From Escherichia phage RB32, in the sequence record NC_008515.1: a stretch of 64,000 nt of DNA; one strand, written 5' to 3'. The position numbers and the translations under genes were made by a program. Of this stretch, positions 1 to 9,709 are shown one piece after another; the stretch's first letter is position 1, and each line of letters starts with the position of its first letter. The notes under the pieces were generated by a model, which was not told where the DNA came from, ran no database searches, and saw only the letters and a program-made list of their open reading frames with translations.

Positions 1-576
1 GAGAAGAAAATCGCTGAGCAAGCTTCTAAATTCATTGACCATCTTGCGAAAGAATGGCTCGCTGAAAATAAATTAGCAGTTGATAAAGGCATCAAAGCCG
101 AACTGTTTGAATCCATGCTTGGTGGATTAAAAGAGCTCTTTGTTGAACACAACGTTGTTGTTCCAGAAGAATCAGTTGATGTTGTGGCTGAAATGGAAGA
201 AGAGTTGCAAGAACATAAAGAAGAATCAGCTCGTCTGTTCGAAGAACTCAATATGCGCGACGCATATATCAATTATGTGCAGCGTGAAGTGGCATTGAGC
301 GAAAGTACTAAAGATCTGACTGAGTCTCAAAAAGAAAAAGTCTCTGCTCTGGTCGAAGGTATGGATTATTCAGATGAATTCTCAAATAAATTGAGTGCCA
401 TCGTAGAAATGGTGAAGAAGTCTAATAAAGATGAAAGCACTATTACTGAGGGTATAAATACTCCTGATACTGAAGCAGCCGGACTGAATTTCGTCACTGA
501 AGCTGTAGAAGATAAAGCTGCACCTGGTGCAGAAGATATTGTAAGTGTATATGCGAAAGTCGCATCTCGTTTCTAA
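1..576 (+). CDS. 22: Prohead core scaffold protein gp22, 5'-truncated by window edge
   Basis: Frame 1 is open from nt 1 to the stop at 574-576; acidic protein ending ...VYAKVASRF directly upstream of gene 23, as in T4. Confidence 0.85.
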   Translation, partial: EKKIAEQASKFIDHLAKEWLAENKLAVDKGIKAELFESMLGGLKELFVEHNVVVPEESVDVVAEMEEELQEHKEESARLFEELNMRDAYINYVQREVALSESTKDLTESQKEKVSALVEGMDYSDEFSNKLSAIVEMVKKSNKDESTITEGINTPDTEAAGLNFVTEAVEDKAAPGAEDIVSVYAKVASRF

Positions 577-594
577 TTTTAAAGGTTAACACAA

Positions 595-2160
595 ATGACT
601 ATCAAAACTAAAGCTGAACTTTTGAACAAATGGAAGCCATTACTGGAAGGTGAAGGTTTACCGGAAATTGCTAATAGCAAACAAGCGATTATCGCTAAAA
701 TCTTTGAAAACCAGGAAAAAGATTTCCAGACAGCTCCAGAGTACAAAGACGAAAAAATCGCTCAGGCGTTCGGTTCTTTCTTAACAGAAGCTGAAATCGG
801 TGGTGACCACGGTTACAATGCTACTAACATCGCTGCTGGTCAGACTTCTGGCGCAGTAACTCAGATTGGCCCAGCTGTTATGGGTATGGTACGTCGTGCT
901 ATTCCTAACCTGATTGCTTTCGATATTTGCGGTGTTCAGCCGATGAACAGCCCGACCGGTCAGGTATTCGCACTGCGCGCAGTATATGGTAAAGACCCAA
1001 TCGCTGCCGGCGCTAAAGAAGCATTCCACCCAATGTATGGTCCAGATGCAATGTTCTCTGGTCAGGGTGCTGCTAAGAAATTCGCAGCTCTGGCTGCTAG
1101 CACACAAACCACAGTAGGTGATATCTATACTCACTTCTTCCAGGACACTGGTACTGTGTATCTGCAGGCTTCTGCTCAAGTAACAATTAGTTCTACTGCA
1201 GATGATGCAGCTAAATTAGATGCTGAAATTAAGAAACAAATGGAAGCTGGTGCACTGGTAGAAATCGCTGAAGGTATGGCTACTTCTATCGCTGAACTTC
1301 AGGAAAGTTTCAACGGTTCCACCGATAACCCATGGAATGAAATGGGCTTCCGTATCGATAAACAAGTTATCGAAGCTAAATCGCGCCAGCTGAAAGCTGC
1401 TTACTCTATCGAATTAGCACAAGACCTCCGCGCTGTTCACGGTATGGATGCTGATGCTGAACTGTCTGGTATTCTGGCTACAGAAATCATGCTGGAAATC
1501 AACCGTGAAGTCGTTGATTGGATTAACTACTCAGCTCAGGTTGGTAAATCTGGTATGACCCTGACTCCGGGTTCTAAAGCTGGTGTATTTGACTTCCAGG
1601 ACCCAATCGATATTCGTGGTGCTCGCTGGGCAGGTGAATCCTTTAAAGCTCTGTTGTTCCAGATTGACAAAGAAGCAGTTGAAATTGCTCGTCAGACCGG
1701 TCGTGGTGAAGGTAACTTCATTATCGCTTCCCGTAACGTAGTTAACGTTCTGGCTTCAGTTGATACCGGCATTTCTTATGCTGCACAGGGTCTGGCTACC
1801 GGCTTTAACACTGATACTACCAAGTCAGTATTTGCTGGTGTTCTGGGTGGTAAATACCGTGTATATATCGACCAGTATGCTAAACAGGATTACTTCACTG
1901 TAGGTTATAAAGGTCCGAACGAAATGGATGCTGGTATTTACTACGCTCCATATGTAGCTCTGACTCCACTGCGTGGTTCTGATCCGAAGAACTTCCAACC
2001 AGTAATGGGATTCAAAACTCGTTACGGTATCGGTATCAACCCATTTGCAGAATCCGCTGCTCAGGCTCCGGCTTCTCGCATCCAGAGCGGTATGCCTTCT
2101 ATTCTGAATAGCCTTGGTAAAAACGCTTACTTCCGCCGTGTATATGTTAAAGGTATCTAA
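595..2160 (+). CDS. 23: Major capsid protein gp23
   Basis: 521 aa ORF starting MTIKTKAELLNKWKPLLEGEG, matching T4 gp23 in length and sequence. Confidence 0.97.
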   Translation: MTIKTKAELLNKWKPLLEGEGLPEIANSKQAIIAKIFENQEKDFQTAPEYKDEKIAQAFGSFLTEAEIGGDHGYNATNIAAGQTSGAVTQIGPAVMGMVRRAIPNLIAFDICGVQPMNSPTGQVFALRAVYGKDPIAAGAKEAFHPMYGPDAMFSGQGAAKKFAALAASTQTTVGDIYTHFFQDTGTVYLQASAQVTISSTADDAAKLDAEIKKQMEAGALVEIAEGMATSIAELQESFNGSTDNPWNEMGFRIDKQVIEAKSRQLKAAYSIELAQDLRAVHGMDADAELSGILATEIMLEINREVVDWINYSAQVGKSGMTLTPGSKAGVFDFQDPIDIRGARWAGESFKALLFQIDKEAVEIARQTGRGEGNFIIASRNVVNVLASVDTGISYAAQGLATGFNTDTTKSVFAGVLGGKYRVYIDQYAKQDYFTVGYKGPNEMDAGIYYAPYVALTPLRGSDPKNFQPVMGFKTRYGIGINPFAESAAQAPASRIQSGMPSILNSLGKNAYFRRVYVKGI

Positions 2161-2174
2161 TCTTTGACGATTTA

Positions 2175-2192
2175 AGGGACCTTCGGGTCCCT
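2175..2192 (+). terminator. Stem-loop AGGGACC-UUCG-GGUCCCU followed by a T-rich tract after gene 23
   Basis: Perfect 7-bp stem with UUCG tetraloop read directly from the sequence, then ttagttgttttt. Confidence 0.6.
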
Positions 2193-2208
2193 TTAGTTGT
2201 TTTTATGG

Positions 2209-2216
2209 TATAAATA
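2209..2216 (+). promoter_or_regulatory. T4-type late promoter TATAAATA for gene 24
   Basis: Exact TATAAATA 28 nt upstream of the gene 24 ATG. Confidence 0.65.
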
Positions 2217-2243
2217 AATCATATAAACCAAAAGGAAAGCGCA

Positions 2244-3527
2244 ATGGCTAAAATCAACGAACTTCTGCGCGAATCAACCACAACGAATAGCAACTCAATC
2301 GGTCGCCCAAATCTCGTTGCTTTGACTCGCGCTACCACTAAATTAATATATTCTGACATTGTAGCAACGCAAAGAACTAATCAACCTGTTGCTGCTTTTT
2401 ATGGTATCAAATACCTTAACCCAGATAACGAATTTACATTTAAAACTGGTGCTACTTACGCTGGCGAAGCTGGATATGTAGATCGAGAACAAATCACGGA
2501 ATTAACAGAAGAGTCTAAATTAACTCTCAATAAAGGCGATTTATTCAAATATAATAATATCGTTTATAAAGTATTAGAAGATACACCATTTGCTACCATT
2601 GAAGAAAGCGATTTAGAATTAGCTCTTCAGATTGCAATTGTTCTTTTAAAGGTTCGTCTATTTTCTGACGCAGCGTCAACAAGCAAATTTGAAAGCTCTG
2701 ATAGCGAAATTGCGGATGCTAGATTCCAGATTAATAAATGGCAAACCGCCGTTAAATCTCGTAAACTTAAAACTGGCATTACAGTTGAATTGGCTCAAGA
2801 TTTAGAAGCAAACGGATTCGACGCTCCTAATTTCCTGGAAGATTTGCTTGCAACTGAAATGGCAGATGAAATCAATAAAGATATTCTGCAGTCTTTGATT
2901 ACAGTATCAAAACGTTATAAAGTTACAGGAATTACTGATACTGGATTCATTGATTTGAGTTATGCATCTGCTCCTGAAGCAGGTCGTTCATTATACCGAA
3001 TGGTATGTGAAATGGTTTCGCATATCCAAAAAGAATCAACTTATACAGCAACGTTCTGTGTTGCTTCAGCTCGTGCTGCTGCGATTCTTGCTGCATCAGG
3101 TTGGTTAAAACATAAACCAGAAGATGATAAATATCTTTCACAAAATGCCTACGGGTTCTTAGCTAATGGTTTACCGCTTTATTGCGATACTAACAGCCCA
3201 TTAGATTATGTAATCGTTGGTGTAGTAGAAAATATTGGCGAAAAAGAAATTGTTGGGTCAATTTTCTATGCTCCGTATACAGAAGGTCTTGACTTAGATG
3301 ACCCTGAACATGTAGGTGCATTTAAAGTTATAGTTGACCCAGAAAGTTTGCAGCCATCTATCGGTTTATTAGTTAGATATGCTTTATCTGCAAATCCTTA
3401 CACTGTAGCAAAAGATGAAAAAGAAGCAAGAATAATTGATGGTGGAGACATGGATAAAATGGCGGGTCGTTCAGATTTGTCTGTTTTATTAGGTGTTAAG
3501 CTACCAAAAATTATTGTTGATGAATAA
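2244..3527 (+). CDS. 24: Head vertex protein gp24
   Basis: 427 aa, same length as T4 gp24; capsid-protein paralogue placed after gene 23. Confidence 0.95.
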   Translation: MAKINELLRESTTTNSNSIGRPNLVALTRATTKLIYSDIVATQRTNQPVAAFYGIKYLNPDNEFTFKTGATYAGEAGYVDREQITELTEESKLTLNKGDLFKYNNIVYKVLEDTPFATIEESDLELALQIAIVLLKVRLFSDAASTSKFESSDSEIADARFQINKWQTAVKSRKLKTGITVELAQDLEANGFDAPNFLEDLLATEMADEINKDILQSLITVSKRYKVTGITDTGFIDLSYASAPEAGRSLYRMVCEMVSHIQKESTYTATFCVASARAAAILAASGWLKHKPEDDKYLSQNAYGFLANGLPLYCDTNSPLDYVIVGVVENIGEKEIVGSIFYAPYTEGLDLDDPEHVGAFKVIVDPESLQPSIGLLVRYALSANPYTVAKDEKEARIIDGGDMDKMAGRSDLSVLLGVKLPKIIVDE

Positions 3528-3532
3528 AACAA

Positions 3533-3550
3533 AGGGACCTTTCGGTCCCT
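3533..3550. terminator. Bidirectional stem-loop between convergent genes 24 and rnlB
   Basis: AGGGACC-tttc-GGTCCCT hairpin with T-runs on both sides. Confidence 0.6.
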
Positions 3551-3556
3551 TTTTAT

Positions 3557-4561
3557 TTAACTTACCAATTCAATCCAAGCCGGACGAAGTACATCTTGTA
3601 CCATTTTAACTAATTCCTTTTTAATCAAAGAAGGATTATCCGCTTGAGTTAGAGTAATACCTTCACGAGAAGTTTCTTCCAAAATATCTTGAACAGTTAG
3701 TCCCATCACCTTTCCAAAATCTTTTGGACCAATTTCGCCAATTTTAGAAATAACGTTATTTATCCGGTTCAGTGTAACGTAGCAAGCTAAAATTCCCAGC
3801 AATTTATTATCAGCTTCTGACAGCTCAACTTTAGCTTTAATAGGCTTATCAGACTTTTTCTTTTCGCTAAATTTAGAGTTCTTGCATTTAATCGCTACAC
3901 GATTGCCATTAGGCATCCAAGAAGGATAACAAGGTTTCAATACATATCCTTCAGCGGTAAATACTTCGCCTTTTGCTTTGGCATTCCAGACGCATTTATT
4001 TGCATCAACTAATCCAGCATGGTCTACTGTAAAATTATAATCTTGGACGACAGAATCTAAATCATTTGGCAATTTAATAAGCTCTTCAAATTTACCACGA
4101 CCTAAAAGTGGAGCCATTTTAAATTTAAATGTATTACAGAATGATTCCATCATATAATCATCGACATAAGTCACATCACCACTTTCTGTAGTGACAATAA
4201 TGTCAAATACATAAAAATCTTTATCGCCATAATCGACATTCTTCTGAATGCCAGGTCCAGCGAATTCGCCAAAGACTTGATAAGATACAACCGCTGAGGT
4301 TTCCATAATATCTTGTACTGCTTTAATAGAATCTTTGTAATTCTTTAGAATAATTTCATACCCAAAGAAATCTTCAGCAGGAAGAATCGGTCCAGTACGT
4401 TTAGCACAAGTTGCTTTATCGCGCTCAATAATCAACGAGAAATTTGTACCATGAATCTTTTCACGAGCTACCCATTCGCCGCCAGTCAATCCCAAGCTAT
4501 AAAGTTTTTCAATAAATTTAGAGTTGTAATGATTTTCAAGACTGCTATACTTTTTAAACAT
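3557..4561 (-). CDS. rnlB: RNA ligase 2 (Rnl2)
   Basis: 334 aa [44 protein letters not shown]..., near-identical to T4 Rnl2 including the KxHG nucleotidyl-lysine motif (K35). Confidence 0.95.
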   Translation of the reverse strand: MFKKYSSLENHYNSKFIEKLYSLGLTGGEWVAREKIHGTNFSLIIERDKATCAKRTGPILPAEDFFGYEIILKNYKDSIKAVQDIMETSAVVSYQVFGEFAGPGIQKNVDYGDKDFYVFDIIVTTESGDVTYVDDYMMESFCNTFKFKMAPLLGRGKFEELIKLPNDLDSVVQDYNFTVDHAGLVDANKCVWNAKAKGEVFTAEGYVLKPCYPSWMPNGNRVAIKCKNSKFSEKKKSDKPIKAKVELSEADNKLLGILACYVTLNRINNVISKIGEIGPKDFGKVMGLTVQDILEETSREGITLTQADNPSLIKKELVKMVQDVLRPAWIELVS

Positions 4562-4570
4562 AATTAATCC

Positions 4571-4849
4571 TCAAAATGTAATTTCTAACCAATCACCATC
4601 ACGCTGATCACTATTAACTTTAAAGCTGAATCCTTCTTTTCTCAGCCAATCACCAATTTCTTCAGTAATCAATTTATCACGAGCAGTACAATAATAACTA
4701 AAATATGTTTTACCTTGTTCAGCTGCTTTATTAGCAAGTTCCGAAAAATCTTTAATAAAACACTCTAGCTTAAACTGTTTGCTTTTAAGTGCTTTTTCGC
4801 GTAATTGATTAGCAAAAGATTCATTTTCATAAAGATCATACTGTTCCAT
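4571..4849 (-). CDS. Hypothetical protein (position of T4 24.2)
   Basis: 92 aa ORF between rnlB and hoc on the same strand. Confidence 0.6.
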   Translation of the reverse strand: MEQYDLYENESFANQLREKALKSKQFKLECFIKDFSELANKAAEQGKTYFSYYCTARDKLITEEIGDWLRKEGFSFKVNSDQRDGDWLEITF

Positions 4850-5051
4850 TTTTCACCTTTTTATTAATATGTCTTTTTCTATAGACAACTTTTTCTCGAG
4901 TCTCAAATTTATTCTTAGCAGTCATAGCTCGAGCCCATAATACAGCCACTTCTTTTGCCTGTAAGTTCAATTCACGAGCAATTTCAATGAATGACTTTCC
5001 AGACTCATGAAGAGTAAACACCACAACCTCAGTTCTCATAATCAATCTCAT
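4836..5051 (-). CDS. Small basic protein with helix-turn-helix-like segment (position of T4 24.3)
   Basis: 71 aa ORF; segment SGKSFIEIARELNLQAKEVAVLWARA looks like an HTH; basic C-terminus. Confidence 0.55.
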   Translation of the reverse strand: MRLIMRTEVVVFTLHESGKSFIEIARELNLQAKEVAVLWARAMTAKNKFETREKVVYRKRHINKKVKNGTV

Positions 5052-5120
5052 GTTATCGAGTTGGTGCCATTATATACATCATTTTCTGATTGTGTTTTGT
5101 GTGCTTTCAAAATGAAGAAA

Positions 5121-5134
5121 GGGGCCGAAGCCCC
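5121..5134 (-). terminator. UUCG-tetraloop stem-loop downstream of hoc
   Basis: GGGGC-CGAA-GCCCC on plus strand, i.e. GGGGC-UUCG-GCCCC on the minus transcript, just after the hoc stop. Confidence 0.5.
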
Positions 5135-5139
5135 TACGA

Positions 5140-6270
5140 TTATGGATAGGTATAGATGATACCAGTTTCTAAAGCAGTTTTATGAATGATGTATCCATTA
5201 CGCGATTCTTGGACATCAACTTCTGGATAATCTTTCATCATCTTCTGGAGAGTGTAACGATGCAAGTAGTACTTACTATCTGGATCGTCAGTTTTCCAAT
5301 CTTTACCTTCTTCGGTCATTTTTTGGATTTCATCCATAACCCACCAACCGCACCAGATGTAAGCTGAAGTACGATGTGGAAGAGGATGAACATAAGGCAA
5401 TTCACCTTCTGGTTCTGGAGCAACTTTATCAGTTACCTGAACTTGACCTTCTGCTGTAATAGTTTTGCTATCATAATCAGTAGCAGTAACAGTTGCAGTA
5501 ACTTCAATAGTTTGACTTCCAATAGATGAGGTATCAACTGTATACACATTAGTCGATCCTTCTACAGGAGAAGAGTCTTTCTTCCATGAATAAGTAATTT
5601 GCGCTTCTTCTGGAGCATCAGTGACATTAGCAGTAAATGTAGCCGAAGCATCTTGCTGAACATTAATAGAAGGAGGAGTCAATGTAACCTGTGGATTCAT
5701 TGTCTTTTTATTAACCGTCAATGATACTTCATTGGAAGTAACTTCCTTTTCATTATAATTTTCTGCAGTTACTTGGGCTACACACTTAATTTTTTTAACT
5801 CCGCTTGTAGTAGGAGTATAATTGAATGTAGCAGAAGTTGCTTCGCCCACAGGAGAATCGTCAACGTACCATTGATACGTAGCAGTTGCGCCCGATGGCT
5901 GCGAAGCTAAAGCAGCAGTAAATTCAACAGCTGTTCCGATTACTCCAGCAGCAGGACTATCAGGAGTTACAGCTAAGGTAGTTGTCTGCGTCTTATTTTG
6001 AACTGTGATAGTTGTACTAATTTCAGCTGTTTCAGCTTCAGCTTCTGGAACTGTATTTGTTGCAACCACTTTAATAGTCTTTTGACCAGCAGGTCCTTTT
6101 AATACATAATTAAAGGTTGCTTCAGCTCCATCCTGTGGAACATTATCTACACTCCAAGCATAGGTAATAGTTCCACCTTCAGTTTGACCACTGGGTGCAG
6201 CAGTAAACTGCTTGGTTTCATCAATAACCCCCGTTGGTGTTTTAGGAGTTATATCAACTGTAAAAGTCAT
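5140..6270 (-). CDS. hoc: Highly immunogenic outer capsid protein Hoc
   Basis: 376 aa, T/S/V-rich Ig-like repeats, starts MTFTVDITPKTPTGVIDETKQFTAAPSG as T4 Hoc. Confidence 0.93.
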   Translation of the reverse strand: MTFTVDITPKTPTGVIDETKQFTAAPSGQTEGGTITYAWSVDNVPQDGAEATFNYVLKGPAGQKTIKVVATNTVPEAEAETAEISTTITVQNKTQTTTLAVTPDSPAAGVIGTAVEFTAALASQPSGATATYQWYVDDSPVGEATSATFNYTPTTSGVKKIKCVAQVTAENYNEKEVTSNEVSLTVNKKTMNPQVTLTPPSINVQQDASATFTANVTDAPEEAQITYSWKKDSSPVEGSTNVYTVDTSSIGSQTIEVTATVTATDYDSKTITAEGQVQVTDKVAPEPEGELPYVHPLPHRTSAYIWCGWWVMDEIQKMTEEGKDWKTDDPDSKYYLHRYTLQKMMKDYPEVDVQESRNGYIIHKTALETGIIYTYP

Positions 6271-6279
6271 AAGTTATCC

Positions 6280-6960
6280 TTATTTTAATGTTACGAAAGA
6301 AGAATTACGTGTTTCACGAATTAGAACTGATCCGTCACGATTAATGTAGTAAATTAAGCTAAATAAAGTTTGGTGTGCCGATGCGTGTTCAAAACTAGTT
6401 GGGTGAGATTTCCAATCTGGAGTTTCAGCAATCCACTGGTAAATCCACCAAGGAACAGTGCAGAATCCTGGATTTTTTCCAATCAGCTGAAGATTCGGGC
6501 TAAAGTTTTTCGGAAGAGTAAATACAGACGGCTTTTCAGATTCAATAATCTCAGCTACAGCCTGTTCGAATTTTTCTTCAACAAAAGGAGTATCTTCAAT
6601 TAAAACATCGGTATTTTCAGGAATTTTATCCGTTTCTACTACTTCAATTTTAATGTCAGATTTAACCGGAGAATCAATCAGAAGTGCTGCTTCTGGATTG
6701 ACTTCTTCATCGTCATATTTTAACCCCTCTGCGGCATCAGCAGCATTGATTAAGTCTTTAATAGATAACCCATCAGTCTCTGGCATAGGTTCACTAGCGA
6801 GCTTCTGGAGGGCTTCTTCAATATCAATAACGATATTATCAAAAGATTTATTCTTTTTGACCTTTATACCAAACTGTTCAGCATATTCAGCTAATTTAGC
6901 TTTAGCTTCTTTATTATCATCAAGAGCCTTCAGCTCTGCAATATAATCTTTATCTATCAT
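6280..6960 (-). CDS. inh: Inhibitor of prohead protease (Inh)
   Basis: 226 aa ORF at the T4 inh position and length. Confidence 0.88.
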   Translation of the reverse strand: MIDKDYIAELKALDDNKEAKAKLAEYAEQFGIKVKKNKSFDNIVIDIEEALQKLASEPMPETDGLSIKDLINAADAAEGLKYDDEEVNPEAALLIDSPVKSDIKIEVVETDKIPENTDVLIEDTPFVEEKFEQAVAEIIESEKPSVFTLPKNFSPNLQLIGKNPGFCTVPWWIYQWIAETPDWKSHPTSFEHASAHQTLFSLIYYINRDGSVLIRETRNSSFVTLK

Positions 6961-6973
6961 AATATTTCCTCAG

Positions 6974-6981
6974 TATAAATA
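6974..6981 (+). promoter_or_regulatory. Late promoter TATAAATA upstream of uvsW
   Basis: Exact TATAAATA 30 nt upstream of the uvsW ATG. Confidence 0.6.
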
Positions 6982-7010
6982 TAGATATATTTATTACATG
7001 GTATTTAGAC

Positions 7011-8522
7011 ATGACTGACATTAAAGTACATTTTTATGATTTTAGTCACGTGAGAATTGATTGTGAAGAAAGTACATTTCATGAACTCCGTGATTTCTTT
7101 AGCTTTGAAGCTGATGGGTATCGTTTTAATCCGAAGTACAGATATGGCCACTGGGATGGACGAATCCGTCTTTTAGATTATAATCGTCTTCTTCCATTCG
7201 GCTTAGTCGGGCAAATTAAAAAGTTCTGTGATAACTTTGGCTATAAAGCCTGGATTGACCCACAAATTAACGAAAAAGAAGAATTATCAAGAAAAGATTT
7301 TGATGAATGGCTTTCTAAATTAGAAATCTATTCAGGAAATAAAAGAATTGAACCACACTGGTATCAAAAAGATGCAGTGTTTGAAGGATTAGTTAATCGT
7401 CGTAGAATTCTTAATCTTCCAACATCCGCTGGTAAATCGTTAATTCAAGCTTTGCTTGCGCGATATTATTTGGAAAATTATGAAGGTAAAATTCTTATCA
7501 TTGTTCCAACAACTGCTCTGACAACTCAGATGGCTGATGACTTTGTTGACTATCGTTTATTCAGTCATGCAATGATAAAGAAAATCGGTGGCGGAGCATC
7601 AAAAGATGATAAATATAAAAATGATGCACCAGTCGTTGTTGGTACATGGCAAACTGTAGTAAAACAACCGAAAGAATGGTTCTCACAGTTTGGAATGATG
7701 ATGAATGATGAATGCCATCTTGCTACAGGAAAAAGTATTTCATCTATCATATCAGGTCTAAATAACTGCATGTTTAAATTTGGTCTATCAGGTTCATTAC
7801 GTGATGGCAAAGCCAATATCATGCAGTACGTTGGAATGTTTGGTGAAATATTTAAGCCAGTAACGACTTCTAAATTAATGGAAGATGGACAAGTAACTGA
7901 GTTAAAAATTAATAGTATTTTTCTTCGTTATCCTGATGAGTTTACTACTAAATTAAAGGGAAAAACTTACCAAGAAGAAATAAAAATTATTACTGGGCTT
8001 AGTAAAAGAAATAAATGGATCGCTAAATTAGCTATTAAGCTTGCGCAAAAAGATGAAAACGCTTTTGTCATGTTTAAACATGTATCGCATGGTAAAGCTA
8101 TTTTCGATTTAATTAAAAATGAATACGATAAAGTTTATTACGTATCAGGGGAAGTTGATACCGAAACCCGCAATATAATGAAAACCTTAGCTGAAAATGG
8201 TAAAGGAATAATTATAGTAGCTAGTTATGGTGTATTTTCTACTGGTATTTCAGTTAAAAATCTGCATCACGTTGTTTTAGCGCACGGTGTTAAATCAAAA
8301 ATCATTGTATTACAAACAATCGGTCGTGTATTACGTAAGCATGGTTCTAAGACAATAGCAACAGTCTGGGACCTCATAGATGATTGTGGTGTTAAGCCAA
8401 AATCTGCTAATACGAAAAAGAAATATGTTCATTTGAACTATCTTTTAAAACACGGCATTGATCGTATTCAGCGCTACGCAGATGAAAAATTTAATTACGT
8501 AATGAAAACAGTTAATTTATAA
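7011..8522 (+). CDS. uvsW: UvsW recombination/repair helicase
   Basis: 503 aa; helicase motifs (LPTSAGKS Walker A, DECH box); matches T4 UvsW. Confidence 0.95.
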   Translation: MTDIKVHFYDFSHVRIDCEESTFHELRDFFSFEADGYRFNPKYRYGHWDGRIRLLDYNRLLPFGLVGQIKKFCDNFGYKAWIDPQINEKEELSRKDFDEWLSKLEIYSGNKRIEPHWYQKDAVFEGLVNRRRILNLPTSAGKSLIQALLARYYLENYEGKILIIVPTTALTTQMADDFVDYRLFSHAMIKKIGGGASKDDKYKNDAPVVVGTWQTVVKQPKEWFSQFGMMMNDECHLATGKSISSIISGLNNCMFKFGLSGSLRDGKANIMQYVGMFGEIFKPVTTSKLMEDGQVTELKINSIFLRYPDEFTTKLKGKTYQEEIKIITGLSKRNKWIAKLAIKLAQKDENAFVMFKHVSHGKAIFDLIKNEYDKVYYVSGEVDTETRNIMKTLAENGKGIIIVASYGVFSTGISVKNLHHVVLAHGVKSKIIVLQTIGRVLRKHGSKTIATVWDLIDDCGVKPKSANTKKKYVHLNYLLKHGIDRIQRYADEKFNYVMKTVNL

Positions 8523-8534
8523 GGGCTTCGGCCC
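8523..8534 (+). terminator. GGGC-UUCG-GCCC stem-loop abutting the uvsW stop
   Basis: Perfect hairpin read from sequence; followed by ttggagaaaa RBS of uvsW.1. Confidence 0.5.
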
Positions 8535-8547
8535 TTTGGAGAAAAAG

Positions 8548-8778
8548 ATGTTACTAGAATTTAAACAATTTCTTTATGAAGCTTCTATTGATGAATTTAT
8601 GGGTAAAATTGCCTCTTGTCAAACATTAGAAGGTTTAGAAGAACTTGAAGCTTATTATAAGAAAAGAGTCAAAGAAACTGAATTAAAAGATACTGATGAC
8701 ATCTCTGTGAGAGATGCTTTGGCAGGAAAAAGAGCTGAATTAGAAGATTCAGACGATGAAGTAGAAGAAAGCTTTTAA
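8548..8778 (+). CDS. uvsW.1: UvsW.1 small acidic protein
   Basis: 76 aa from the ATG at 8548; the ORF track start at 8536 is a TTG; length matches T4 UvsW.1. Confidence 0.8.
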   Translation: MLLEFKQFLYEASIDEFMGKIASCQTLEGLEELEAYYKKRVKETELKDTDDISVRDALAGKRAELEDSDDEVEESF

Positions 8779-8787
8779 ATTAAAAAA

Positions 8788-8810
8788 GGCCCAACCAAAA
8801 AGGAAGGGCC
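8788..8810 (-). terminator. Stem-loop GGCCC...GGGCC followed by T-run on minus strand
   Basis: Hairpin with T6 tract downstream in the minus direction, after the small uvsY-distal ORF. Confidence 0.4.
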
Positions 8811-8833
8811 AAAACTATAGACTAAAGGTCACA

Positions 8834-9001
8834 CTATAGCAAAAGTTGTGTTTCATTTAATTGTTCTTCCGAACTTTCTGAAACTGGTAGTTCTTTAATG
8901 TAATTATAACAAGGCCCAGGATGTACAGGACCTTTGTCTGTTTCAACAACCAATGCAGAATCGATTGGAGTTTTACAGACAACACAAATCTTATCTGACA
9001 T
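8834..9001 (-). CDS. Small Cys-containing protein (position of T4 uvsY.-2)
   Basis: 55 aa ORF MSDKICVVCKTPIDSALVVETDKGPVHPGPCYNY... preceded by SD GAGGAG; below the 60-aa ORF-track cutoff. Confidence 0.5.
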   Translation of the reverse strand: MSDKICVVCKTPIDSALVVETDKGPVHPGPCYNYIKELPVSESSEEQLNETQLLL

Positions 9002-9029
9002 GATTGTCTCCTCTAAATTATATATCTAT

Positions 9030-9188
9030 TTATACAACTCTCATATGCATATCAATGCCCATATCTTTAGAATAAAAATATTCATCAAGATATCCGGCAA
9101 ATTTTCCTTTAATATAAAGGACATCTTCACCACATGGATGGTCGGCCAGGATACGAATATCCTGACGCTTAAGATTATGCTTTTTCAT
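9030..9188 (-). CDS. Small protein downstream of uvsY (uvsY.-1-like), start unresolved
   Basis: C-terminal part of the 117-aa ORF 9030..9383 from the first internal Met outside uvsY; the 5' part of that ORF overlaps uvsY coding sequence. Confidence 0.35.
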   Translation of the reverse strand: MKKHNLKRQDIRILADHPCGEDVLYIKGKFAGYLDEYFYSKDMGIDMHMRVV

Positions 9189-9255
9189 TAAGAATTGAAT
9201 TTCCGTTTCAAATTCTTCTTCATAATTAAAAGCATCATCAATACTATATCTCTCA

Positions 9256-9669
9256 TTATTTTCCAGCCTCAAATGCTCGCATGTCTTGAATATGCTTAAT
9301 AGCAAATCCACGTGATTTAATAGCATCAAGAGCTCCGCTACAGAAATCCAATAAAATCCCCCAATACTGTAACGAGGTATCAACCTTTAAAACATCCTTA
9401 TCAGCTGATAGAACTGTCTTCATTTCTGATTTCTCGTAACGATCCATACTAAATTCATCACCATCTCCTCGTCCCGAGTAGTAGTCTAATTTAGCTTTAA
9501 GAGCAACTTTTTTCTGTGCGTCAATTCTAAGCATTTCCTTTTTAATACTTGAATGCTTATTAAGCCATTTACTATATAACATCACATTATTAGCTGCTTC
9601 ATACTGTAATTTAGTCGAATCTATAAACACATCTTTCTTCAATTCTTCTTGAAGATCTTCTAATCTCAT
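9256..9669 (-). CDS. uvsY: UvsY recombination mediator
   Basis: 137 aa, MRLEDLQEELKKDVFIDSTKLQYEAANNVMLYSKWLNKHSS..., matches T4 UvsY. Confidence 0.95.
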   Translation of the reverse strand: MRLEDLQEELKKDVFIDSTKLQYEAANNVMLYSKWLNKHSSIKKEMLRIDAQKKVALKAKLDYYSGRGDGDEFSMDRYEKSEMKTVLSADKDVLKVDTSLQYWGILLDFCSGALDAIKSRGFAIKHIQDMRAFEAGK

Positions 9670-9709
9670 ATTGTTCTCTATTCAATTGTTATTGGATGGA
9701 CTTAGATTC

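Noticed and set aside
781-1179. Antisense ORFs inside large genes (for example 781..1179 -, 2947..3141 -, 5182..5367 +, 17934..18188 +, 20419..20676 +, 30543..30941 +, 50804..51274 -)
   Set aside because: Each lies entirely within a well-supported gene on the opposite strand, has no SD or promoter context, and shows no recognisable protein features; treated as chance ORFs in AT-rich DNA.
8536-8547. TTG start codons proposed by the ORF track for uvsW.1 (8536) and gp38 (53861), and GTG for the frd-td ORF (39732)
   Set aside because: In each case an ATG with a better-placed Shine-Dalgarno lies a few codons downstream, and for uvsW.1 the downstream ATG gives the T4 protein length; the ATG starts were used.
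8934-9191. 85-aa plus-strand ORF 8934..9191
   Set aside because: Antisense to the SD-supported small minus-strand ORFs downstream of uvsY; no promoter or SD on the plus strand.
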